64,000 bases of DNA from an uncultured Verrucomicrobiae bacterium (GCA_963765205.1 CAVXVB010000009.1:160001-224000); one strand, 5' to 3'. Shown: positions 20,471 through 30,940, counted from the first letter of the stretch. Made by a program: numbers and translations. The notes: a model not told the origin generated them from the letters alone.

Positions 20471-21325
20471 GAGGCTGTCCGAAAAGTAGGCCAGTCGGCA
20501 TGGAAGGTGCTTTCGGAGTGGGATGTTTATAACTGACAAACAATGGGAGATTATAAGTCCTGTGTTGCAACGGCCCAAGCGCAGCGTGTTTGGGCGGCCC
20601 CGGGCCAACGAGCGGGAGGTGTTCGAAGCCATCCTGTTCATGCTGCACACGGGCATGCCGTGGAAGCTGCTGCCACGCAGCTTTCCCCCCAAGTCCACCG
20701 TGCATGACTACCTGCAACAGTGGAGCCAGTCGCGGGCCTTCCGCATGCTGTTCGCCCAAGTTATCCGGCACTTGATTGAGGTTGGGCGCATCGATGTGGA
20801 AGAATGCTTCGTGGACGCCACCTTTGCGGCGGCCAAGGGCGGTGGTGACGCCGTGGGGCTGTCGCCCAAGGGCAAGGGCACGAAGGTGCAGTTAGTCGTT
20901 GATGGGCAAGGCATTCCGCTGGCGCTGTCGGTGGACGCCTCTGGCGTTCCCGAACACGACATGGTGCAGCAAACGCTCGACTTGGGCCAGCCCGAGGCCC
21001 AGCCGCAACGCCTCATCGGCGACAAGGCTTACGACGTGGATGAACTGGACGAAACCCTCGCCGAACTGGGCATCGAAATGATCGCCCCGCACCGCAAAAA
21101 CCGCCGGCCCGAAAACGTCACCCAGGACGGACGACCGCGGCGCCGCTACCGCCGCCGCTGGAGAGTCGAACGCACCATCGCCTGGCTGGGCTATCACCGT
21201 CGTTTGCTCACCCGCTGGGAAAAACACGCTTCGCTCTTCTGCGCTTTTGCCACGCTCGGCTGCCTCATGATCGCGCTACGTCATCTGCCCATCACTTGAC
21301 CAAAGCAGACTTTTCGGACAGCCCC
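20471..21325 (+). mobile_element. IS5-family insertion sequence, 855 bp, TA target duplication
   Basis: IRL GAGGCTGTCCGAAAAGT (20471-20487) and IRR ACTTTTCGGACAGCCCC (21309-21325), 16/17 match; TA on both sides. Confidence 0.93.
20523..21299 (+). CDS. IS5-family transposase
   Basis: ITDKQW, HTGMPWKLLP, VDATF, IGDKAYD, YRRRWRVERTIAWL. Confidence 0.95.
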   Translation: MFITDKQWEIISPVLQRPKRSVFGRPRANEREVFEAILFMLHTGMPWKLLPRSFPPKSTVHDYLQQWSQSRAFRMLFAQVIRHLIEVGRIDVEECFVDATFAAAKGGGDAVGLSPKGKGTKVQLVVDGQGIPLALSVDASGVPEHDMVQQTLDLGQPEAQPQRLIGDKAYDVDELDETLAELGIEMIAPHRKNRRPENVTQDGRPRRRYRRRWRVERTIAWLGYHRRLLTRWEKHASLFCAFATLGCLMIALRHLPIT

Positions 21326-21987
21326 TAAGCATTTTCGAGAAGATCGATAACGTCCTGTGTAGTTAACTCATCCAATCGTTCCACCGCCCGGTCGCACTTT
21401 CCGCGCAGGCTTGCGACGGGGTTGGTGGTGCCGACGCCGATGCTTTTGAAGCCGCCGGCGCGGGCCGCTTCTAATCCTACGAAGGCGTCTTCGAAGACGA
21501 CGCATTGCGCGGGGGCACGGTTGATTTTTTGCGCGGCTTTGAGAAAGACTTCGGGGTGGGGCTTGCCGTGGGAGACGTCCTCGGCGCTGACGATGTCGGC
21601 GAAAAATCCGTGGAGGTTCGCGAGGGTCATGACGTGCTCGATGTTGAGGCGCGGGGTCGAGGAGCCAACGACGCAGGGCACGCCGGCGGCGCGCAGGCCT
21701 TCGAGCAACGCGCGCACGCCGGGCAGCGCCTGAATGCCGGTGGTTTTCAAAATCTCGCGGTAAAGCTCCTCCTTGCGCCGGCCGAGACGTTCGATTTCTA
21801 CGGGGTCGGTCGCCCAATGCAAAATATTCGGGATGATGAACTGGTTTTTGCGGCCGAAGCCGGCCTTGAAATGCCCGGGCGGGAGCACGCGCTGTTCCGC
21901 GACGGCGAGGAGGTCCCAGCTTTGCTCGTGGGCGGAGGAGGAATCAATGATGACGCCGTCCCAGTCGAAGATGGCGCCAATATTCAT
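21325..21987 (-). CDS. HAD-family phosphatase (beta-PGM/YqaB-like)
   Basis: IFDWDGVIIDS, GSST, GKPHPEVFL, VFEDAFVG. Confidence 0.92.
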   Translation of the reverse strand: MNIGAIFDWDGVIIDSSSAHEQSWDLLAVAEQRVLPPGHFKAGFGRKNQFIIPNILHWATDPVEIERLGRRKEELYREILKTTGIQALPGVRALLEGLRAAGVPCVVGSSTPRLNIEHVMTLANLHGFFADIVSAEDVSHGKPHPEVFLKAAQKINRAPAQCVVFEDAFVGLEAARAGGFKSIGVGTTNPVASLRGKCDRAVERLDELTTQDVIDLLENA

Positions 21988-22139
21988 GTGAGCAGCAGGA
22001 TGGTGGTTGGGATGGCTGGCGCAAGCAAATTGGTTACAGGTACTGGGGCGTGGGTTGCAAGTTGCAGGTTGCAAGTTGCAGGTTTGTGTGGAGGATTCTC
22101 AGTGCCTTTGTACCTCAGTCCCTTTGTCCCTTTGCCCCC

Positions 22140-23342
22140 ATGTCCACCCTCGCTGTTGTCAAACCCAAGGTGCGCGGTTTTGTGTGCGTGACGGCCCACC
22201 CGGCCGGCTGCGCAGCGCATGTGCGCGAGCAAATCGCCCATGTCCAGGCGCAGCCGCCGCTGGCGCGCGGGCCGAAGAAGGCGCTGATCATCGGGGCTTC
22301 GACGGGCTACGGGCTGGCGTCGCGCATCGCGGCGGCGTTTGGCGCGCGGGCGGCGACGTTCGGCGTGTTTTTCGAGCGGCCGGCGGAAAAGGGGCGGCCG
22401 GCCTCGGCGGGCTGGTATAACACCGTGGCCTTCGAGCAGGCGGCGCACGCCGCGGGCTTGTATGCGAAGAGCATCAACGGCGACGCTTATTCCGACGACA
22501 TCAAGTTGCAGGCCATCGCGCGGCTGAAGGAAGATCTCGGGCCGGTGGATTTAGTGGTTTACAGCCTGGCCTCGCCGCGGCGCACGGACCCGCGCTCGGG
22601 CGAAGTTTATAAATCCGTGCTCAAGCCCGTGGGCGCGCCATTCACCGCCAAGACCGTGGACACGGACAAGAAGGAAGTCCTGGACATCACGCTCGAACCC
22701 GCGAGCGCCGAGGACATCCGCCAGACGACCAAGACGATGGGCGGCGAGGATTGGGAACTGTGGCTCGACGCGCTGCGGCACCACGGCCTGCTCGCGCCCG
22801 GCGTGGTGACGGTCGCGTATTCCTACATTGGGCCGGAGGTGACGTATGCCATTTACCGCAACGGCACGATTGGAAAAGCCAAGGAGGATTTGGAAAACAC
22901 CGCCGCGCGGCTGACGGCGAAGCTCGCGGATTTTAAGGGCCGCGCGTGGGTCTCAGTCAACAAGGCGGTGGTGACGCAGGCCAGCTCGGCGATTCCCGTC
23001 GTGCCGTTGTATCTGGCGATTTTACTCAAGGTCATGGCCGAGAAAAAAGTGGACGAAGGCTGCATCGAGCAAATCCAGCGGTTGTTTGCGACGCTGCTCT
23101 ACCGCGCGGATGGCGCGCCGCCCGCCGCCGACGCCGCCGGGCGCCTGCGCGTGGACGATTGGGAAATGCGCCCCGACGTGCAGGAGTCGGTCAAAAAAAT
23201 CTGGCCGGAAGTCACCACGGCAAACCTTGCCACGCTGACCGCCTTCCCGCGCTACCAAAAGGAATTTCTGAAATTGTTCGGCTTCGGGCTGCCCGGCGTG
23301 AATTACGAGGCGGAGGTGGAGCTGGAAATTCCGTTGGAATGA
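22140..23342 (+). CDS. fabV: Enoyl-ACP reductase FabV / trans-2-enoyl-CoA reductase
   Basis: VKPKVRGFVCVTAHPAGC, GASTGYGLASRI, YSLASPRR, MGGEDW, TQASSAIP. Confidence 0.95.
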   Translation: MSTLAVVKPKVRGFVCVTAHPAGCAAHVREQIAHVQAQPPLARGPKKALIIGASTGYGLASRIAAAFGARAATFGVFFERPAEKGRPASAGWYNTVAFEQAAHAAGLYAKSINGDAYSDDIKLQAIARLKEDLGPVDLVVYSLASPRRTDPRSGEVYKSVLKPVGAPFTAKTVDTDKKEVLDITLEPASAEDIRQTTKTMGGEDWELWLDALRHHGLLAPGVVTVAYSYIGPEVTYAIYRNGTIGKAKEDLENTAARLTAKLADFKGRAWVSVNKAVVTQASSAIPVVPLYLAILLKVMAEKKVDEGCIEQIQRLFATLLYRADGAPPAADAAGRLRVDDWEMRPDVQESVKKIWPEVTTANLATLTAFPRYQKEFLKLFGFGLPGVNYEAEVELEIPLE

Positions 23343-23381
23343 GGCTTGACGCCGCCGCCCAAGTAGATACATCATGTGTGT

Positions 23382-23645
23382 ATGAAAACCGAAGTCGCCA
23401 CCCGCCCGTCCCGCGTCTTCCGCAACGGCAATTCCGTCGCTGTGCGGTTGCCCAACGGCTGGGCGAAACCGGGCGCTTTGATGCAAGCGCGGCGACAGGG
23501 GAAGCATATCTCCTTGGAATTGCAGGAGAAAAGACCCAAAACACTGGCGGAAGTGCTTGCGCTAATCCGTGCGGCGGGGCCGGATCCCGGGCCATTTATC
23601 CGCGAGCAGCCACCTTTTTCTGAACGAGAGTTCATGAAAGACTGA
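23382..23645 (+). CDS. vapB: VapB/AbrB-MazE-type antitoxin
   Basis: VFRNGNSVAVRLP swapped-hairpin motif; 1-nt overlap with PIN toxin. Confidence 0.88.
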   Translation: MKTEVATRPSRVFRNGNSVAVRLPNGWAKPGALMQARRQGKHISLELQEKRPKTLAEVLALIRAAGPDPGPFIREQPPFSEREFMKD

Positions 23646-24031
23646 TGGCCTACCTTCTGGACACAAACATTTGCTCGGTCATCATCCGTGCCGAAGATGA
23701 CGCGTTTGCAAATCGCTTTTTGCAACATTGGCCCGAGGTGGCGATTTCTGCGATTACCGCCCATGAATTAGAGTTCTGGGCAAAAAACACCGGACCCAAT
23801 CTGTCTCGGCGAGTTCGCTGGCTTCTCAGCAAGCACAAAATTCTTTCTTTTGATGCCGCTGCGGGGGCAAAAGCAGCGGAGGTTAGAACCGCGTTGTTAT
23901 CGAAGCCTTTAGCCACTTACGACGCGCTCATCGCCGGGCACGCGCTGGCGCTGGGCTATGTGCTTGTGACGGCGGACGCGGATTTCAAGCGCGTGCCGGG
24001 CCTGCGCACGGAAAATTGGCTGAAAGCTTAG
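23645..24031 (+). CDS. vapC: VapC PIN-domain toxin
   Basis: YLLDTNIC, ISAITAHEL, YDALIAGHA, LVTADADFKRVPGL..ENW. Confidence 0.92.
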   Translation: MAYLLDTNICSVIIRAEDDAFANRFLQHWPEVAISAITAHELEFWAKNTGPNLSRRVRWLLSKHKILSFDAAAGAKAAEVRTALLSKPLATYDALIAGHALALGYVLVTADADFKRVPGLRTENWLKA

Positions 24032-24167
24032 CTCACGCTCCGGCGTTCATGCATTTTTGCCATGAAACCCGGCGTCTTTCTCACCGCGCAGTGGCGGATG
24101 CTGGCGTTGCTGAGCCGTAAAATTAGGCTTGCCCCCTTGACTTTGCGCAGCAAAGTTAAGGGTCGCC

Positions 24168-24563
24168 ATGACCGACACCACCATCCTGCCTCCGCCCGAC
24201 CCCGGCTCACCCGCCGATCCGTCCTGGCGTGAGAGAATTTCTTCCGCCGTGCGCTTTTGGGAGCGGCGCCGCCTCGCTTACAACCTTGTCCTCAGTGCCC
24301 TCGTCTTCGGTTTGGTCGTGCAGAGCTGGCCCCATTTTCAGCCCGCATTCACCCGCTCATTATGGCTCCCGGCCTTGGCGTATATGCTGTTCCTCGCCGC
24401 CCTGGGCAATATGTGCTACTGCGCCGCGTATCCGGTGGACCTCGCCCTGCAATGGTTCACTACTCCCATATTCTTGCGCCGCGCCCGCGTTGTGCTCTGG
24501 TGGGCGGGGATGCTCCTCGCCTGCGTGCTTGTCTTGTATTGGATGGAGGACGAAGTCTGGTAA
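24168..24563 (+). CDS. Hypothetical membrane protein (3 TM)
   Basis: WERRRLAYNLVL then hydrophobic helices; genome-typical codon usage. Confidence 0.7.
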   Translation: MTDTTILPPPDPGSPADPSWRERISSAVRFWERRRLAYNLVLSALVFGLVVQSWPHFQPAFTRSLWLPALAYMLFLAALGNMCYCAAYPVDLALQWFTTPIFLRRARVVLWWAGMLLACVLVLYWMEDEVW

Positions 24564-24565
24564 GG

Positions 24566-26539
24566 TTACGACTCCGTGGTCGAGTATTTCTGCTTGAGGG
24601 CTTCGATGACGGAGGGGTCGGCGAGGGTGGTGACATTGCCGAGGGCGCGGCCTTCGGCGATGTCGCGCAGGAGCCGGCGCATGATTTTCCCCGAGCGCGT
24701 TTTTGGCAAATCCGCCGAGAAGATGATTTTTTCGGGAAGCGCGAACTTGCCGATTTTTTTTGCGACGAGGTCGTTGAGTTCGCGGATGAGGTCCGGGCCG
24801 GCGGCGTGCCCTTGCTTGACCGTGACGAAGGAAACGAGGGCCTGGCCTTTTAATTCGTGCGGGACGCCGATGACGGCGCTTTCCGCGACGGAGGGGTGCT
24901 CGACATAGACGCTTTCCAGCTCGGCGGTGCCGATGCGGTGGGCGGAGACGTTGACAACGTCGTCCACGCGGCCGAGGATCCAGTAATAGCCGTCGGCGTC
25001 CTTGCGCGCGCCGTCGCCGGGGAAATAAAACTTACCGCCCCATTTGGAGAAGTAGGTGTCCTTGAAGCGCTGGGCGTCGCCCCAGATGCCGCGCATGATG
25101 CCGGGCCAGGGTTTTTTAATGGCGAGGATGCCGGCGCGCACGTCCTGGCCCTCGTCGTTGAGGACGGCGGGTTCGATGCCAAAGAACGGGACGGTGGCGC
25201 TGCCGGGCTTGGTGGGGATGGCGCCGGGCAGGGGGGTGAGCATAATGCCGCCGGTTTCCGTCTGCCACCAGGTGTCCACGATGGGGCAGCGGCCGCCGCC
25301 GATCACATTATGATACCACATCCAAGCCTCGGGGTTGATGGACTCGCCGACGGAGCCGAGCAGGCGCAGGGAGGACAGGTCGTGCTTCTGCGGCCAAACT
25401 TCGCCCCATTTCATGCAGGCGCGGATGGCGGTGGGCGCGGTGTAGAAGACGGTGACGCCGTATCTTTCGATGATATACCAGAAGCGGTCATTCTCCGGCC
25501 AGTTGGGCACGCCCTCGAACATGACAACGGTCGCGGCATTTTGGAGCGGGCCGTAGAGGATGTAGCTGTGGCCGGTGACCCAGCCGATGTCCGCCGTGCA
25601 CCAAAAGACATCCTCGGGCTTGAGGTCGAAAATGTATTTGGTGGTGAGGTAGGTGTAAACCATGTAGCCGCCAGTGGTGTGCATGATGCCCTTGGGCTTG
25701 CCGGTCGAGCCGCTGGTGTAGAGGATGAAGAGCAGGTCCTCGGCGTCCTGGCGCGCGGGTTCGCAGTGGCGCGACTGGCCGGCGACGGCTTCGTGATACC
25801 ACACGTCGCGTCCGGGTTGCATGGTGACGGGGTGCAGTTGCTTTTGCGGTTCGCGCGCGACGACGAGCACTTTTTGCACGCTCGCGCAGGTGGCGACGCC
25901 TTCGTCCACCGTGTGTTTGAGCGGGAGGATTTTGCCGCGGCGGTAGCCGGCGTCGCCGGTGATGACGACTTTGGCCTGGCAGTCGTTGACGCGGTCCTTG
26001 ATGGACTCGGCGGAGAAGCCGCCGAAGATCACGGTGTGCGGCGCGCCGAGGCGGGCGCAGGCGAGCACGGCGATGGCCAGCTCGGGCACCATCGGCAAAT
26101 ACAGCGCGACGACATCGCCCTTGCCGACGCCGAGGCTTTTGAGCACGTTGGCAAAGAGGCAGACCTCGCGGTGCAAGTCGGCGTAGGTGAGCACGCGCTG
26201 GTCGCCGGGTTCGCCTTCGAAAATAATGGCGGCCTTGTTGCGCGTCGCGCCGTGGAGATGGCGGTCGAGGCAATTGTAAGTGATGTTGGTGACGCCGCCC
26301 TCGAACCATTTATAAAACGGCGCGTTTTTCGCATTCAGCACGGTGTGCCATTTTTGGAACCAGTGGAGTTCGCCGGCGATGTCGGCCCAGAATTTTTCGG
26401 GGTCGGCGATGCTGCGGGCATACATTTCCCGGTATTGCTCGAGGCTCTTGAGGTGCGCCGCGCGGGCGAAGGCGGCGGGCGGCGGGAAGACGCGGCTTTC
26501 CTGGGAGACGGTGTCGAATTGTGAGATGGGAGTGCTCAT
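24566..26539 (-). CDS. acs: Acetyl-CoA synthetase (AMP-forming)
   Basis: [48 protein letters not shown]. Confidence 0.97.
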   Translation of the reverse strand: MSTPISQFDTVSQESRVFPPPAAFARAAHLKSLEQYREMYARSIADPEKFWADIAGELHWFQKWHTVLNAKNAPFYKWFEGGVTNITYNCLDRHLHGATRNKAAIIFEGEPGDQRVLTYADLHREVCLFANVLKSLGVGKGDVVALYLPMVPELAIAVLACARLGAPHTVIFGGFSAESIKDRVNDCQAKVVITGDAGYRRGKILPLKHTVDEGVATCASVQKVLVVAREPQKQLHPVTMQPGRDVWYHEAVAGQSRHCEPARQDAEDLLFILYTSGSTGKPKGIMHTTGGYMVYTYLTTKYIFDLKPEDVFWCTADIGWVTGHSYILYGPLQNAATVVMFEGVPNWPENDRFWYIIERYGVTVFYTAPTAIRACMKWGEVWPQKHDLSSLRLLGSVGESINPEAWMWYHNVIGGGRCPIVDTWWQTETGGIMLTPLPGAIPTKPGSATVPFFGIEPAVLNDEGQDVRAGILAIKKPWPGIMRGIWGDAQRFKDTYFSKWGGKFYFPGDGARKDADGYYWILGRVDDVVNVSAHRIGTAELESVYVEHPSVAESAVIGVPHELKGQALVSFVTVKQGHAAGPDLIRELNDLVAKKIGKFALPEKIIFSADLPKTRSGKIMRRLLRDIAEGRALGNVTTLADPSVIEALKQKYSTTES

Positions 26540-26655
26540 GGGGAATGGGAGAATGGGGGGAGTGCGAGATTTTTGCAAATCGCGCGCGGCGGCAAGCCAA
26601 AAGGGCCGCACGAAAGAGCATTTCCAAGTCGGCCTGCGCGCGCCATGCTGAGGCG

Positions 26656-27754
26656 ATGGACACCGCCTTGTTCGACTACCCGCTGCCGCCGGAGCGCATC
26701 GCGCAGACGCCGGCTGAGCCGCGCGATTCCGCGCGCCTGCTAGTCGTCGAGCGCGCGACACGGCGGGTGCGGCATCATATTTTCCGCGAGCTGCCGGAGT
26801 TGCTGCCGCCGGGGACGCGGCTGTTCCGCAACCACGCCGCTGTGTTCAAGGCCCGGCTGCGCCTGCGCCGCCCAACCGGAGGGGAACTCGAATGTTTGCT
26901 GCTGCATCCCGATTTGACGCGCGTGGGCGCTAGGGAGGTTTGGTGGTGCCTGCTCAAGCCGGGGAAAAAATATCCGGTGGGGGCAACGTTTGGCTCGGAG
27001 GGCGTGTTCACCGCCACGGGTACTCGAAAAGCAGGCCGATGGCCGGGTGCTCGCGCGCTTTGACACGGCGGGCGTGGGCGGTCTGTTGGCGGTCACCGAA
27101 CGCCTCGGCGAAATGCCGCTACCGCCGTATATCCGGCGTGTCGGCGCGGAAAACGCCGCCGAAAAATTGCGCGACATGGAGAGCTATCAAACAGTTTACG
27201 CCGACCCGGCAAAAAAAATTGCCGCCGCCGCGCCCACCGCCGGGCTGCATTTCACGCCCGCCGTGCTCGCCGCCCTCGCGGCGCGCGGCGTGGCGACCTA
27301 TGATTTGGCTTTGCGCGTGGGACTCGGCACGTTCCGCCCCATCGTCGCCGAGCGCGTGGAGACGCATGTGATTCATCGCGAATGGTATGAAATTCCCGCA
27401 GAAACGCGGGTCGCATTGGCTGCGCCCGGCGGGCCGCGGTTGGCGGTGGGCACGACGACGTTGCGCGCAATCGAGGATTATTTGGCGAAGAGCGGCGGAT
27501 CTGGAGGCCCCGCCCTACCGCAGCCGTGGCTGGCGGAGGCGGACATTTTCATCTATCCGCCGCGTGAATTCGCCGGCGCGGAAATGTTGCTGACGAATTT
27601 CCATTTGCCGCGCTCGACGCTGCTCTGTCTGGTCAGCGCCTTCCTGACGCCGGGCGCGACCGACGGCATCGCGTGGCTCAAGGAAATCTACGCCGAGGCC
27701 GGCGCGCGCGGCTACCGTTTTTACAGCTTCGGCGATGCAATGTTGATCCTTTGA
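26656..27754 (+). pseudogene. queA: tRNA preQ1(34) SAM ribosyltransferase-isomerase QueA, frameshifted at G-run 27018-27020 (possibly sequencing error)
   Basis: [18 protein letters not shown] in frame 1; MPLPPYI, YQTVYA, AAPTAGLHFT, TNFHLPRSTL, YRFYSFGDAMLI in frame 2; removing one G joins them. Confidence 0.9.
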
Positions 27755-27807
27755 AAAAAACTAGCATGGCGGCCTGTAACGCATTTTGTCCCCATCTTTT
27801 CCAGCTA

Positions 27808-28805
27808 TAGCATTTTAAATAAAACTATAACCACAATGGGCAAACCAATGAGTGGCGTCCTGTCCGGTGACGCTGCCTAGGGCGGTGGCGATGGCGGCGA
27901 GCAAGTCTGCCTGGGTGCGTGCTTCGAGAGCCCGCAACCGGGCTTTGACTTTGCTCCGCATCAGTTCGATCGGATTGAGGTCGGGTGAGTAGGCGGGCAG
28001 GAATCGCACTTGCGCTCCGGCTGCTTCGATCAGCGCGAGGGTTTGCGGGTTTTTATGCGGGGCAAGGTTGTCCATGGCCACAATGTCCCCGGGCCGCAAG
28101 GTTGGGCAGAGCACCTCGCGCACATAGGCCCGGAAGACTTCCGTATCGGTGGCCGCTTCGACGGTTAGACAGGCCGTCGTGCCGTCCCTGCGAATGGAGG
28201 AGATCATGGTCGTGGTGCACCAGTGCCCCTGGGGGCGTTGGGCCAGCAGACGTTGCGCCCGGGGCGCGCGCCCATATAAACGGGTCATGTTCGTCTTGGC
28301 CGCCGATTCATCAAGGAAGACCAGCCGCGCGGGATCCAGTCCGGCCTGCCCGCGCACCCACCGCCGCCGTGCCCGGACGATGTCGGGCCGCCCTTGCTCG
28401 GCGGCGCGCAGCGTTTTTTAAAGGTCAGGCCCAGCTGGGCCAAAACGTAATGAATGGCCGGCAGCGTGCACTTTAAACCCAAGGCCGCGCGCATCTGTTC
28501 CAGCGTAAGGTCGGGCTTGGACTGCACCAGCCGGCGCAACTTCTCTCCAAACTGGGGCAGCAGCCACGCCTTGCGTCCCGCGAAGTGGTGCCGGGGCGCG
28601 ATATCACCCTTATGCCGGCGCTGCTGCAGCAGCTTTTTGACCATGCCGAGCGACACCCTAAACCGGTGCGCGATTTCCTCCCTTGTTCCCTCCTGCCGAT
28701 CATAGGCCGCCACAATACGTTCCCGCAAGTCCAAGGATAGAGTTTTCATTCCCCCTACAGTAGCACAACTCATGCCAGGCGGCTACATAATTATTTAAAA
28801 TGCTC
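27808..28805 (-). mobile_element. IS630-family insertion sequence, 998 bp, TA target duplication
   Basis: IRs TAGCATTTTAAATAA (27808-27822) and TTATTTAAAATGCTC (28791-28805), 14/15 match; TA at 27806-27807 and 28806-28807. Confidence 0.92.
27815..28749 (-). CDS. IS630 transposase in two ORFs joined by -1 frameshift (HTH + DDE)
   Basis: MKTLSLDLRERIV...LGLTFKK then TLRAAEQGRPD...VFLDE, MDNL, LPAYSPDLNPIE; junction TTTAAAAAAC on the minus strand at about 28413-28422. Confidence 0.88.
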
Positions 28806-28950
28806 TAAGCGCGGGGTGGAGGTCGCTCTCCGGGGAGCATCCAACATCGAACTCTCGATGAAAACAAGAAATCTCGACAGTCAGTCTCTTAATTTCGAGG
28901 GTGCAGCAAGCCTGCGCCCAATTCCACGCCTTTTTAGTCTCAAATCGCAA

Positions 28951-28966
28951 TGTTCCATGTGGAACA
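28951..28966. promoter_or_regulatory. parS-like palindrome
   Basis: TGTTCCATGTGGAACA, one mismatch from the parS-type palindrome TGTTCCACGTGGAACA. Confidence 0.55.
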
Positions 28967-29098
28967 TTTATCAATCATTTTGAGCAGAGTGCTTGACAGC
29001 GTAATTTCTACTATTGTCAGTGCCGCTTTGGGTATACCTTTTGTTATTGCTTTTTCCATTACCACAACGATATAAACGATTGAAAAATAACCATACAC

Positions 29099-29340
29099 AT
29101 GACTTTGAATCTAATTACTTTGGAAATCGCAGCATTGATGGCTCAAGATCCTGGCGAGGCCCGCAAGGGCGGCTTCCAAAGTCTTCTCATAAAACTCCAG
29201 CGTCAATACGACCCGGCAACGCGCACGATAACGATCAGTAATGCTGATTTAGAAAAAATCCAGCGCTATGCCTTTTAGTATAAATCAGGTGGCTGGCAAG
29301 GATTCCTCAAAACGATTTTCGGCCGCAGTCTAGGTGACAT
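29099..29340 (+). pseudogene. Small hypothetical protein with internal TAG at 29276-29278
   Basis: MTLNLIT...KGGFQSLLIKLQ...DLEKIQRYAF*YKSGGWQGFLKTIFGRSLG reads as continuous protein across the stop; 3' end approximate. Confidence 0.5.
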
Positions 29341-29573
29341 CCGCAGGCGTCCAATCGCTGCCTGTGCCGCTAGGCAATGGGCTTGTTGCTCATGTTCCAT
29401 ATCCGATGACAGAGGCGGCTTTCGAGATGCTAAAAAAGGCACTCGACCTCTATAAGGGCATGATTGTTTCTTCCTCCACTAAGCCATCGCCAGAAGAACA
29501 ATAAAACCGAGGTCGGTCACAAGTTCGTTTTTGCTTGTAATTAAGGTTTTTAGGGCCAAATAGTTTTGACGCT

Positions 29574-29768
29574 ATGGAAAATTATTTTTACATTCCAAAC
29601 GCTGGCGAGCAACCGCCAGCTAAACTACCGCAACACCCCGACCCATCTGCACACTCGGTTGCGGGCGACAGTAGTTATTTACGCGTAAAAGTTGGCGATA
29701 AAATTACGTGGCAAGGACGTGATTACATTATAAAAGAAATAAAAGAAACCGGTGTTGTCTGGGGATAA
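29574..29768 (+). CDS. Small hypothetical protein (AT-rich islet)
   Basis: 64-aa ORF ending VKVGDKITWQGRDYIIKEI, small beta-barrel-like. Confidence 0.45.
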   Translation: MENYFYIPNAGEQPPAKLPQHPDPSAHSVAGDSSYLRVKVGDKITWQGRDYIIKEIKETGVVWG

Positions 29769-29841
29769 ATTTTAGAGCGCAAATTGGGTTTTGTAAAAAA
29801 GCCCACCTCAAAACCGGACACTACCCTTTGTTTCCGCGCGC

Positions 29842-29869
29842 TTGACGCTACCCGCCCGCCTGCTAGGAT
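29842..29869 (+). promoter_or_regulatory. Putative sigma70 promoter of msrP operon
   Basis: TTGACG, 16-nt spacer ending in TGc (extended -10), then TAGGAT. Confidence 0.45.
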
Positions 29870-29956
29870 TGTTAGGCATCCGTGTCATCCGTGGTCCAAT
29901 GAAACTGCGGAAAATAGGTTTTCTTCACCTTGCCTCCGCCCGCGATTTCTCCTCCG

Positions 29957-30940
29957 ATGAAAGAGCCGCCTAAAATATCGCCGGGCGAGATCACGCCGCC
30001 CGCCGTGTATTTCAACCGCCGGAATTTTATGAAGGCGGGGATCGTGGCGGCCAGCGCGGTGGCCACCGGCTACGTCTATCGGCGGCTCAACCATGTCAGC
30101 ACGGCCACGGTGGACACGCCGGCGCTCGAAGGCCTCACGACGACCGCCCCCGCCGCGTCCGACGTGTCCGCGGGTTTTCGCGCCACCGACGCGGAGACGC
30201 CCATCGAGTATATTACCCATTACAACAATTTCTACGAATTCTCGACTGACAAGCAGGCGGTGGCGGACGCCGCGGCGAAATTTACCACGGAGAACTGGCG
30301 GGTGTCCGTCGAGGGGCTGGTGGCCAAGCCGCGCGTCTTTGACCTCGCCGACTTGCTGAAGATCAGCCCGCCGGAAGAGCGCGTGTATCGCATGCGCTGC
30401 GTCGAGGGCTGGTCCATGGTCGTGCCCTGGGCGGGTTATTCGCTGTCCAAATTGCTCGCCGTGGTCGAGCCGCTCAGTTCCGCCAAATATGTCGCCTTCG
30501 AGTCGCTGCTCGACCCCCGGCGGATGCCGGGCCAGTTGGCCGACGTGCTCGAATGGCCCTATCTCGAAGGCTTGCGGATGGATGAGGCGCTGCACCCGCT
30601 GACGCTGCTCACCAGCGGGTTGTATGGCCGCGCGCTGCCGCCGCAGGACGGCGCGCCCATCCGCCTCGTCACGCCGTGGAAATACGGATTCAAGGGCATC
30701 AAATCCATCGTGAAGATCAAGCTGGTCGCCACGCAGCCGCCGACGTCCTGGAGCAAGGCGGCGCCGAATGAATACGGCTTCTACGCCAACGTGAACCCGC
30801 AGGTAGACCACCCGCGCTGGAGCCAGGCGACGGAGCAGCGCATCGGCGAATCAGGCCGCCGCCCGACGCTCATATTTAACGGCTACGCGGAGCAGGTCGC
30901 CTCGATGTATGCGGGGATGGACCTGCGCGCGAATTTCTGA
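29957..30940 (+). CDS. msrP: Protein-methionine-sulfoxide reductase catalytic subunit MsrP (YedY)
   Basis: EITP...NRRNFMK Tat motif, [16 protein letters not shown] Mo-cysteine, [27 protein letters not shown]. Confidence 0.96.
   Translation: MKEPPKISPGEITPPAVYFNRRNFMKAGIVAASAVATGYVYRRLNHVSTATVDTPALEGLTTTAPAASDVSAGFRATDAETPIEYITHYNNFYEFSTDKQAVADAAAKFTTENWRVSVEGLVAKPRVFDLADLLKISPPEERVYRMRCVEGWSMVVPWAGYSLSKLLAVVEPLSSAKYVAFESLLDPRRMPGQLADVLEWPYLEGLRMDEALHPLTLLTSGLYGRALPPQDGAPIRLVTPWKYGFKGIKSIVKIKLVATQPPTSWSKAAPNEYGFYANVNPQVDHPRWSQATEQRIGESGRRPTLIFNGYAEQVASMYAGMDLRANF

Noticed and set aside
29276..29278. In-frame TAG as recoding or pyrrolysine readthrough
   Set aside because: TAG terminates many normal genes in this window and no pyl genes are visible; a nonsense mutation or error is simpler
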